From Geosiphon pyriformis uo1 (taxonomy: Eukaryota; Fungi; Glomeromycota), in assembly GCA_016748015.1 (NCBI GenBank), contig JAAOMT010000512.1, positions 1,026,719-1,090,718 on the forward strand: a DNA stretch of 64,000 nucleotides, written 5' to 3'. The notes under the pieces were generated by a model. It searched no databases. It saw nothing but the letters and a program-made list of their open reading frames with translations, and had not been told where the DNA came from. Position numbers and translations under genes: made by a program. Positions 1-11,689 of the stretch are shown here, piece after piece. The first letter of the stretch is position 1. Every line of letters starts with the position of its first letter.

Positions 1-1037
1 ATCAAAAAAGAGTTTAGATTGAATAATTGGACTGTATTACATCTTAAAAAATAATCTTTTGAACAACAAAATATCTCCAGATGACTGGTTTTTTTTAACA
101 CCCGTGACAATTATGAAATTATTATGCAAATTTTTTTTTTGAAACTGCTGAAACACATTCACAAAACACCAAAACATTTTCCTATGATCAAGAAAATTCG
201 GTTTTACTTATTCGTATCAAGTAAGGTTATCATTTCCCTACATGATCATCAAGTAATGTCCCAAAAGAGGATCCCCCCATTTATTGATTTGTCGAGATCT
301 GATCTTGTGGATAAGACCACTTAATTGTTTCTATCCTTAGTTTCAAACTGGGAAAGGCCATGGCACGCATTTATCCTTATTATAAAATAAAATTAAAAAA
401 AATCTTTTACCTTGTGTCGATTTGCATTTACATGCATTAATGGAGTGTGAGGATGAGCGCAAATCGTAATGGTTTGATGCATGAATTATTTGAATGGAAA
501 GAAAGATGATGCACCTTGTTGTCGTATATTATACGTCTGTATCATTAACAGGAGATACATCTAAGGAGACCATGCTTAGACAGACTGATCATCAAGAAGA
601 AAAATGTTTTTTTCGAAACGTTATAGCCTTCAACCATTCAATTATAATTTTAAATTTAAAGTAAGATTTTTCCTCTTCATAGATATATTGGAGTCTTAAA
701 AACAGCGACACCAAAATCTTCGAAAAATTTTTTTAACTTTTTATTCTGTTTTAATATATAGGATTCTTGAGCTTATAACAGATTCCTCCCTAGTCTAACG
801 AAAATATTTTATATCTTTTTGTGTGAGAGAAATTATTTGCAGTTGCCTTTATCAACAGATAATTCTTTTATAAAAAATATTACATTTATTGTTCAAGTGT
901 TCTGTAACTCGGCTATTTAAATTAAGGTTATGTACTGTATTTATAACCAATTCGGTCCGTTGAGCTTCAAGAGTATTCAAGTTCTAAACCTCAAAATTGA
1001 AATCAAATGATCCAATTTCAGGCCCAAAAGATCCTGG

Positions 1038-3276
1038 TCAACCAAGAAAGTTGGTATCAAGGTTATGGGCGAAATCCCAAACTATAATTTTCTGATCCTG
1101 TGAACAGCTGACAATTTTTGTACTATTGAATTGAACCTTGAAAACTCTATATTTGTTAAAACCAAACAAAATTGAACATTAAAATTTCTTTTGCTTGGGA
1201 TGCTTTATGATTTTAATCAAGTACGAAGGACGGAAAAACTTACCGACTGGTATGAATAAGCTCCAAAGTTCTCAATAGTTTTCCACTTTCCAAATCCCAA
1301 ATCCGAAGTGTTTCATCATAACTACCGCTAACAATTCGATTTCCATCAAATTGAAGGGTTCTAACCAGATCAGTATGTCCTTCCAATGTCTTTAGACAGA
1401 TACCAGTTTGAACGTCAAATATTTTGATAGATTTATCACTCGATCCTGAGACAATAATTTTTCCATCAAACTGTATACAAGCGATACCCCGTTCATGACC
1501 TTCAAAGCTACGTATAAATTCACCAGTATCCAATGCCCATAGTCTTATTGTTCGATCACCTGAAGCTGAAACTACGTAATTGTCTTGAAATTGAACGGCA
1601 TTGACCGCAGCACGATGACCAGTCAATACGCGAATGCATTTGCCACTTTCACGGCACCAAATTCTCACTGTACGATCTTTGGAGCAGCTCACGATATATC
1701 GGTCATCGAAGCGAAGATTAAGCACGCTTTCCGTGTGGCCTCTCAATGTGCTTAATATATCACCAGTTTTAAGATCCCAAATAATAATGGTGGAATCACT
1801 ACTTCCACTTATAATAACTTTATCGTCATATTGCAAACATAGAACAGATGCCGTATGACCTTTGTAAGTTCTTAGACATCGGTTTGATTCCATTTTCCAA
1901 ATTTTAATGGTATTATCACGACTTCCACTAATAATTTTATCCTCATCAAATTGAATGCAATAAATTCCTTCAGTATGGCCAGGTAGTTCATGAGCACTAT
2001 AATTCCCTGTACGCCAATTTTCTTCTAGACAACTTCGTTGATAATATAAATATTTCCAATTAATTTTTGGCTCTCCAAATTCGTTTTGATGCATCGCTAA
2101 GAAGGGAGGGATATTTTTTTCAGATGGGTAATTTTCTGAGTTCGTTTTGAATTCGTGTCTGTTTATTTCTGCCAGTCCTGAATCTGCTTGACAGAGGTGA
2201 TAGTTGAAAATCGGAAAGGACAAATTTTAATAATCAAGAAAAACTGACATTCTAAAGAACTTACTATATTTCCTTCTTTTTTCATGATATCTAGGATAAG
2301 TATTGGTATTTAGTTCCGGGCCTGATATCTGCCTTCTCCAACGAGAACCAGACCTAGTGTCAAATTTTCGACATTTGTAAGTGGACAGAGTATAATCGGT
2401 TGCCAATTTTTGAAAACTTGAGGAGGAAGCCCTTGTGATGTGTTGCTGATTCGTTAAGGTGGTATGAATCTCATGATCTTGTACCCAATATCGTAAAAAA
2501 AAACCACTGAAAGGATATTGTGGCTGATTTTTGGAACTTTCAAGGAGACAAGTGTCTGAAAGATAATCTGGCTGTAGATACTTTACTGAGTTCATATATG
2601 AGTTGTCGATTGGTTTATGTTTTCCTTTCGAGATAGATTTGACTTGGGAGTCTACACATAAGTTGTGAACTTGAAAACTTGTATAATACCATTCAATTAG
2701 CTTTGTGTTAACTGTTCCTCCATTTTTGAAATATAAATTTCGCCATAACGAGCTATCGTCGCTAACTTTTTTCCATTTCTTTGAAACACAAGCTACTCGT
2801 CCCAAGGTTGGTGTGTCCAGAAATGAGAGTATGTGAGTAGAGAGTTCGTGAGGGAGATCCTATAATGTTTTGTCATAGATGAAGTGAGAAAGGATAAGAA
2901 GCTTTTATTTCAAATTCATTATAAAACTATTATTTTAAATACCGCAATAAAGTCTCTATGCAGTAAATGTCTAATTCGCTCATGCAATTCCGCCAATTTA
3001 TATGATGGTAAACTTGATAAAAGTTCGAAGGCAAACTCTGCATTTTGGAATAAAGATTTCCGGATTAAATTAGATATATGACTTCTATTTTAAGTAATTT
3101 CAGTTATATATGAGAAAACCATCTTACTTACCGGCTCTTTTATTATTATTTAAATTTTTGATCCAAGCGGGCATTCTTATTTTTCGTTTTGGTGGTTCTT
3201 GTCTGAGTTCCTCATTGAAGCCTTCATCCATCTCGATCGAGTTGTTATTATTCCAGCAAGACAACTTTTTCAACAT
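1038..3276 (-). CDS. F-box/WD40-repeat SCF substrate receptor, beta-TrCP/FWD-1/Pof11-like; 5 exons (3276-3132, 3037-2943, 2859-2265, 2183-1244, 1146-1038)
   Basis: All introns are GT-AG and the phases are consistent. Spliced protein: dimerisation-like segment ...RIRHLLHRDFIA, F-box DLPHELSTHILSFLDTPTLGRVACVSKKWKKVSDDSSLWRNL, then seven WD40 repeats (GHTEGIYCIQFDEDKIISGSRDNTIKIW ... RVFKVQFNSTKIVSCSQDQKIIVWDF). Confidence 0.93.
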
Positions 3277-5175
3277 GTCGTTATGATTAAAAAATAATCT
3301 CGATCGATCCCGAGGTAATATTATGACACTTCAAAAATCTAAATTTCTGGGTATTCGACTGGCAAATTGGGGGTTTTTTAGTAATAATTTTTTTATCTAT
3401 GGTCGCCGCCAATTGATCGGCCGAAAGAGTTTTTTTGAATATCAGAAATTGAAAAAAAGCTGCTTAATAAATGAATATGGTTCCTCAACTAATTACACAA
3501 CTTTTGTGCAGTATCTCACGAGGTTGTAAAAATCCCGAATTCCCAACCTACCTAGATTAAATACTTAAGAAAATCGGTAGAATCTTATGAAACATAGGAG
3601 GTAGGCCGGGCAATATTAGCTCGTTTATTTCCATTGTTACTTTTTTTTAATAAAGTCTGATTATAGTGTGTTTCGGATAGTTCTGTTAGAAAGTCTCCTT
3701 ATATGGAATGACAGGTTCGGAAATTGAGATAGAAAATCATGAATACTGTGGTACATTAATTATTTCACAATGGTAAATTGGGATGAATATCGTCAAATTT
3801 AATTCCTCACAATTGTTTTTTTATGAATATAAACATCTTTTACTAAACTTATTTCAACTACTTGCATGGAGGAAGGATAGATTTCGCCCAGCCTATGGTC
3901 AAAATTATACCAAGGATTGACGATCTAACAATTGACTATATTTTTTTTATGGGATGAAGTCTGATCTTTTAGTTACCTATAACCAATTTATAATCACAAT
4001 TAAGACTCATGTGCTTATTATTTATGAGTTACCCAATGAAAATATATGAATTAAGTAAACTAACCTTCTTGCGAATTATAATCTTTGCATCCCAATTACC
4101 TAAAATATACTAGTCATTATTGCATAATACTCTCGGACCAATTAAGCAACTAAATCACGAATTGAAGAGAAAGACAAACTGTTCGATTGGTGAATGAATT
4201 TTTGGACAAGCTAGCAGGTATGTCAAATGGCTTTTCATCGATTCTTGTTTCTATTTTTTTTTGTTATGCATATATTTTACTTTTTTAGTATTTATAGATT
4301 TTTTGTTCTGATTTGTGAAGAAATGGTTTGAGAATCCTCAACAAACTATATACTTTTAAATATATGTGTACCCCACCTTACCATAGTAGGAAAATTGCCT
4401 AGCTCTCAAAGGTGGGTAACCTGAGAAAGTAATGATAGAAATCCTACGAAGCTATGGTCTTCCCCAGTAACATTTCTATATCTTATGTATAGGGTCAAGG
4501 GTGAAAGCGGACATTGAGTAATTTAATATTATTCAGCTAAAAACTAGCATTACACTTTAGGCTACATTTTGAATCACTTTGTGATAAAACATTTTCTTTT
4601 GAATACCAAAAAAGGCGAGTTTATATAATAAACCCTTTTACTTAAAAAAAGATTTTTCTGTATTCCTTGCCACTAGATAAACTTGACGTAAATATTTTTT
4701 GAGATTTAACCGTCGCTTCAGATTCTTTTGATGGTTTGACTTGCTACTGGGATTACCCTAGCTTCACAAAGGTTAGCCTGTATCCTTCCTTGGGCGTACA
4801 TAAAAAATGCGTAATAAAATCACGTCAGATATTTGGATTTTCAAAATTTTGTATTAGTGACACACTTCCAGCGCCTATCTTCACAATCTGAGCAAACCTA
4901 AAATAAAGCAAAATACAAATTCAGTATATGTAGCTTGAAATTCGCTCTCACGGATACTAGTATAATAAATTGAATTTTTCAACAAATTATTCTGATACTA
5001 AAACAAAGTTTCTAAATGAGTTGAAGTTGCTCAGGTTTCACTAGTAGCTTGATAAATGTTTTCGCAAAGAAATTCAAATAAATTATAGCGAATCTCAAAA
5101 TTTTGGATTTATATAAATATACAAATTTACTGTTTGATAAACCAATTCAAATTGAACTAATATTTCCATAAAGAA

Positions 5176-5447
5176 ATGGTCAAAATAATCCAGGAATGCA
5201 TCACTTGCCGCGAGTTAAGATTTGTTTTTCCCAAAATCTCTGCTTCCTGTGTTCATTTTGACATCTGCGAGATCTGCATTCGTCGTCAAATCGAGATAGA
5301 GGTTAACTCTAAGGGGGAGGTGATTAAGATTACCTGCCCAAAGTACCGTTGTAATTCAGTTTTAAGCTACGATGATGTCAAAAGATTGGCATCGGTCAAA
5401 ATTTTTGAAAGGTAATTGCAGTTCAATTTTATTAAAAGAAGAAGTCC

Positions 5448-5480
<33 letters not shown>

Positions 5481-6112
5481 GTAAATATTCTAAAATCTGT
5501 ATTTTGGTCAACTCATTTTTAGATACGATAACCTCTTGTTACGTATTGCTATTTCTAAACTTGAAGATTTCCGTTGGTGCAAGAATCCCGAATGTGGTTC
5601 TGGACAGGAACATTCAAGCGGAGGTGAATGATTTCATTTTTAAATTTTCCCAAAGAAATGTTTTGATTATTTTTTTTCATTTGAACTTCAAAGATGAACA
5701 GCCGATTATGACCTGCCATGCCTGTGGGGCAAAATCTTGTTTTACACACGATGTTCCATGGCACGAGGGACTAAAGTGTGACGAATTTAGCGAAAAAATC
5801 GAAACGGAGCAAAAACCTGCAAATCAAGCATATTATGATCGTTATACAAAAAAATGCCCCGACTGTGAAATGGCGATTGAGAAAAATCATGGATGCGACC
5901 ACATGAAATGTCGTTGTGGACACGAATTTTGCTGGCTGTAAGAATTTTCAAAATTTTTCTACACATGATTCTATTTAAACCATTTTGTAAGATTTATTCA
6001 TTTTTTCCGTTTAAATAAATAAAGTTGTCTAGCTGAATATGAACCCATTCGCAATCATGGTAATCATCACCATAAATCAACTTGTCAATATTATGCTGCG
6101 TATAATGAATAG
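5176..6112 (+). CDS. RBR (RING1-IBR-RING2) E3 ubiquitin ligase, 222 aa; 4 exons (5176-5411, 5523-5623, 5694-5937, 6025-6112)
   Basis: Exons sum to 669 nt in frame. RING1 CITC...CVHFDICEIC...CPKYRC, IBR FRWCKNPEC...CHACGAKSCFTHDVPWH, RING2 CPDC...IEKNHGCDHMKCRCGHEFCWLC including the catalytic Cys (GCDHM). Confidence 0.92.
5449..5480. repeat. (TCA)n microsatellite in intron 1 of the RBR gene
   Basis: About 10 tandem ATC/TCA units, seen directly. Confidence 0.9.
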
Positions 6113-6196
6113 TTTTGATTCTGAGATTTTGGAAAAAATATCTTGAATTCAAACAAGAGGTTTGTTCTAAAGTTTTTGTGTTTTAAAATGTAAACA

Positions 6197-6198
<2 letters not shown>

Positions 6199-6238
<40 letters not shown>
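6199..6238. repeat. (AAT)n microsatellite
   Basis: About 13 tandem AAT units. Confidence 0.9.
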
Positions 6239-6460
6239 TTCTAATTTTCGTTTGGTTAAACAAAGATGACTAACTAAACAATTAATAATTATATTTAGGT
6301 TATGCCAACTTGGAATAAGACCAGCAAAAGATTACAAAGAGAGGCGACCAGTATAGAAATAAAGAAAGAAGAAACGAGTTTTAGGTTAAAAAGTGAATGG
6401 ATAGGTTTGAGGCATGGTTGCTTCTAATTAGTTATTTTTTCGAATTATTCAGTTGATATT

Positions 6461-6632
6461 AGGATATTTTGGCAAATGGACGTATTGAGACAAAGTTAAT
6501 AATTTGTTCAGGTTATAATAAAAAGAGTATAAAAATGAAATACTTTCACGCGTCTTATTCTCGCACATGAATTTATTTTGCCAACTTTGTATCAATACTC
6601 TTCGCCACAATACCTTCATTTGCCAAATACCT
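6461..6632. mobile_element. Decayed foldback/MITE-like element (imperfect inverted repeat)
   Basis: AGGATATTTTGGCAAATGGACGTATTGAGACAAAGTT (6461-6497) matches the reverse complement of 6583-6632 (AGGTATTTGGCAAATGAAGGTATTG...GTATTGATACAAAGTT). No TSD identified. Confidence 0.45.
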
Positions 6633-7469
6633 TATGTAATTCAATATGTAACATTGGCAATTAATTTTTCTAGGTTAAAAAAGCTAAAGTAAGGATTAGA
6701 TTAACAATACTATATTTTACAAATTTTGATTTAAGCTTGAAAAATTCTTTTATATGTTAATAAGTGAAAATACATTTTCACCTGATCAATTTAATGGTTT
6801 TTCCATATCTGCTCAAAATTTCAAATTTCTATTTTAAAAAAGTCAATTTTTTTTTTTTGAGAATAAATTACCTAATTTTTCATAAAACTACGGGATTGGA
6901 AGACCATTAAGAATTTTATCTGCTGTATGGGTTGTAACGAGTTAGCTCATTCAGAAAACCTTTTAGAAAGTTCCCCCATAATCCTGTGCTGACCATTTGG
7001 TAATTTAATTAAATAATTAAAGACATATTTTCTCTTTTTCAATTACTAACAATAGAATTTTATTATTATTAGAAATTCGTAATACTTGATAAATATGAGG
7101 GCTGTTTCATCTTAGATTCGGAATTAGTGAAGTTTTGAAAACTCTTTCTAAAATATACCCAAAACTTCCTTTGTGAAATTCTCAAATTAAGTTTCATTAT
7201 GCTTAATGGTAATACACAAACCTATTAATAGGTAAAAAATTCTTATCAAGGAGCTTGTTAATTTTCCGTGTATGATTATCAAGGGAAATATTTTTAGTAT
7301 GGTTTTTAAAACTCTTTTATGTAGGTCTATTATTTTGATCCGAAAATTGGCATTTTTATTAAATGAAAGAACCATTTATCTCAAATATAACGAGATTAAG
7401 ACTATTTTTTTGAAGACATTGTGGAAAAAGAATACAAATAGCTTTCACCAATACAATAGAGTTTCAAAA

Positions 7470-7506
7470 TTAATTAATTAATTAATTAATTAATTAATTA
7501 GTTAAT
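7470..7506. repeat. (TTAA)n simple repeat
   Basis: Run of TTAATTAA units, seen directly. Confidence 0.85.
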
Positions 7507-10105
7507 TTTTTGTCACAAAGAAATAATTAACTTCAAGGTACAACTAAAAGAGTTATGCATTCGTATGTTTCATGATTCTCGAGAATCAAAAAAAAAGGGG
7601 TATTACAAAACAAATTAAAACATTGATTAAACTCGGTATCACAAATAAAGTTTTATTAAATAGAATATTTTTTGCTCTTAAAGTTTAATTGTTGTATTAG
7701 AGTTTTTACTAAATTTAAAAATCAAGAAAATGGTACGAAAAAACTTTTTTTTATCAGACCTGATATCAATGAAAATTAACATATCGAAAAAAACTGTTTA
7801 AAAATTTCATTTAATTCAAAGAGTTTTTATTATTAATCCAATAATAAAAAGAGGATAAATGCAGTTTCATTGGTATTATCTTGAAAAAATAGCATGATTG
7901 TAGAACTTGATAAGTTTTTCGGCGGACGAGAGTTTCAGAAAATTCGTTATCATGATCACAATCAAATTTAAAATGAATATCGTTGGACATATTTAAAACT
8001 AAAGTTCATTTTTGGGATTACCTATTAAAAGTAACTATGATGTGATTTCTTGTGAGTCATCCCATTTTAGATGTCATTAATAAACTTACTGAAGATCCCT
8101 TGACGGGCAGCAAAAAGTTAATTTAAGTTTGAGATGAAATAATAAAAACCATTATCAGGAATATCACAAAAAATGGAACCGTTTTTACCTATTCTGGATT
8201 GTTTAATGAAATGGCATTGAGATTAGTATTAATAAGTATATCTCTGCAAGAGAAAAATCCCAATGATCAGGTTAGTTTCTACCCTCCACAATGTTTCAAA
8301 CTTTTTGTTTGAGGAATAAAAATTTCAAATAGATTAATTTTGAGGTTTGTATGAATAAAATTTTCATTCACCTAAAACAATTTTTAAATATTTATGCCTT
8401 TCTTAATATTTTAATTTGAAAACTTTAAATAAATTATTGGAATTTAAATTATGCGACCCAATTAAAATGTTTAGAACGTGTTGTCCCTTATACATGTATA
8501 AACTGATTACCCTCATCAAAATTTTCAAAACTTTTATTGATTTATTAGTAATAAAAATGACTTTTTGGCAGGGTTTCATTTCCTTTGAAAGCTACAATGT
8601 GGGCATTGAAATGAATCTTGTGATTAAAAATATTTATTAAAAGCATTTGTTTTTAACAAAAAAAGAATTTCATTATGTGTTTTCCAGCTTGAAATCTTAA
8701 AATTTTAGGAATTTGACCCGTAAATATTCAATCAATGTAAAATATCAGAGTGTGATATCAAAATGTTACTAAAATCATCAAATTGACAAGAAAAAAAGTA
8801 ATTATCAATGTATTGAAAAGTTTTTCAATTTCTCCATTAGATTATGCAAAGTAATCATTTTTAAATCATTTGAATAAATAGAGAATTTATTACAGATTAA
8901 ATATATGATCACAATTTTTTCATTTGAGTTTTATAAATTATAATTATTTTTTAAATTTAAGTAATTTTTTTAAAAAATATATTCATAGTATGTTCATGTC
9001 TAAGAATCAATATTTTCTTCAAATGAAAATTTTTTTAATTATTTGTAAAATGTTCAAAAGCTTTCAAAATGTGATATTTTTTGAAATAGAAAATACATGA
9101 ATGAAAATGGTCTTAAATAATTTTATCAAATTAGAAAAACTTTCTAGCATTCATTATTTCTTTTTTCAAAATTCCATCATTTTTTAAAAGTGAAATAAGA
9201 ATAAATTGTATTTTTAAATTGTGAATTTTTGAATAAATGTTAATCTAGATTGGATTTTACAATTATTATTTGGTTCGATAAGTTTACAGCCAATCATGAG
9301 ATTATGAATTATATAGTTTATTGTGGCAGATGATATTTTTGTCATATATTAAAATCCTTGAATAAAATTAAAAAAATAGAAAGTTTCAATTCATTTATTT
9401 CAAAAAATTATTACAAAAATATTATTAATTTCTTCATTTTTCTTATTCAAATGATCAAATATAACAAGTTTTAATTTCTCACTTGTCAATTGATTTAATT
9501 GTTTTAGATTATTTTTAATGAAAAGTTGTTTTAAAATTCAAATTTAACTGATATTTTTTCACATGTTCTAGACGAAGAAAAATGAAAGAATAGTTGGGTA
9601 CGAAATTTTTTTTATAAATGATATTGCGTATAAAATCGAATTGTTTAACTTGGCTTTATCAAAAATGAGCAAGACTATTTAGTATTTCAAAATTGTATTT
9701 GGAAACATGTCTTTTTAAATTTGGTTTTAACAATTTTTTGTTTTTTGCCAAAGATTATATTTGAATCAAATACTTTAAAAATAAATATTTTCAAATTAAA
9801 AAAAAAGTTAAAAGCACTGAATATTATATGAATTAAATACAAAATAAGCTCTTAATTTTTTAAAGAATATACATTACAATAAAAAAACAGTACTTGATAA
9901 TTTAAGAAAGAAATAATAAAATCTATAATAAAATTTATAATAAAATTAAAACTTGGCTTTTGATTAAAATTGATTTTTTTTAACCTAAAATTATTATAGA
10001 TTAAATTAATTTTAATCATTATATTTTTAACTTTTGCTTGAGCCTTTAAAAAAATTTAATTTATCCATTATTCATTCAAAAATATAACAATTTAAATCAT
10101 CATAA

Positions 10106-10124
10106 AATAATAATAATAATAATA

Positions 10125-10158
<34 letters not shown>
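10106..10158. repeat. (AAT)n microsatellite
   Basis: About 17 AAT units with one AGT interruption. Confidence 0.9.
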
Positions 10159-10160
<2 letters not shown>

Positions 10161-11689
10161 TCTCTGTTTATTAAAAATTAATTCTAATATATTAAAAAAA
10201 AATTAAATTTTTACTATTTATTTTTTTTATTTGTCAATTATTAAAAATTATTTATAAATCTTCATATTTTTAATCAAATCAAACCTGAAAATTATTTATT
10301 TTTATGAATCAATCAAAAAATTTTAATTAATCAAACACAAAATTTTAATATGAAGAAATGTTACCAAAAATCGATATTTAAACTTTTGAAAAACGGCTCC
10401 AGTAATCAAAATAACAATTATAATTATCACATGAAATTAATTTTATGACATCATAAGATGCATCTTAATAAAAAGTCTCTGGAGAAGTTATTAACTTAAG
10501 TTTTTCTTTCTTCTCTTAATTATCTTTCCATCTAAATTTTTCAGTATCTCTTTAAATATACTTCTTTGACATCGGGACGCGTATAGGACCCCAAAAAATC
10601 TTCATTTAGGAAGTTTGTTGTGTAACATTAAACAAAATACTTAAATATCACGTGACTAACTCAAAATAAAGACATCTATATCTTCACAAAAATTTATGAG
10701 GAAGAACCCACTATATTTCATTGCCATATCGAATTCTCTTCATAAAATGTGGTGATTACAGGAGGCTCACTTGGCATCTATTCACTACTCATAACATAAC
10801 GATCGCTTGTAATTATGTTCGTGATGAAAGTAATATGATTTCTAAAGGCATTGATGAAATGATTAAATCAAATAAAAGAAGAATGTTTTCTTGGATATTG
10901 GCGATAAGAGAGAGATTTTAAGGGAGGCAACTGATAATCTATTATTGACAATATAGACAGAAAAGGATATAAAAGAGCAAATGAAGGTTAATTAAATTAT
11001 TTATACTCTTAATTACTAAGATCTAGGCTTCAAATTATAAGAAGGATGTCGGTGGAATTATTATATTGAAAACGATCATGAATTTGGGAGAATAGATCTT
11101 TCGACTTGGCAGTGACAAAGAAAGTTTCCCACAGGTTATACTAATCTTAAAGTAATTCTGCAAGAATAATCATTGGCGTTGTGTTGGAGCATAGAATCGG
11201 TTTAAGTAGTTGAAAAAAAAGCTCCCTTTTCAACTTTCCTTTATTGTTTGCTGGAGCCTGACGACAAGAGAGTAAATAGGGAATAAGGTCAAGGAACTCG
11301 CCTATAGAGCAGTCATGGTGGTGAAGTTCTTTCTCCAGTCGACTCAAAACGATCTTTAACACCAAGGTAGAAGCAACTTCTCTTTATTTCTGGTATTTTT
11401 ATTGGTTTAGTTTTTGATGGTATTAAAGGCTATCTGATTGGTTGGATGATTGATTTAAGACTATTTGCGATCTACATCAACAACACAAGAGCTCAAACTC
11501 TCACTCTTTCACACTGGAGGACATTATCGGGTAAAGGATAAAACGAAAAAAAGATATATTAAATCAATATCTGACTCGACGGATATCAGTTCTTTCCACA
11601 TATCATCAATATCAAATATATATTACTGGTGACGGGTAAATCTTCAAAAGTGGAAAAATATTTGTACAGGTCTTTCTTTCTTCCAAAAT

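Noticed and set aside
479-512. SECIS-like or C/D snoRNA pattern (ATGA...AAA...GA, TGATG)
   Set aside because: Helix II does not pair, box C is not canonical, and no Sec-containing ORF is adjacent.
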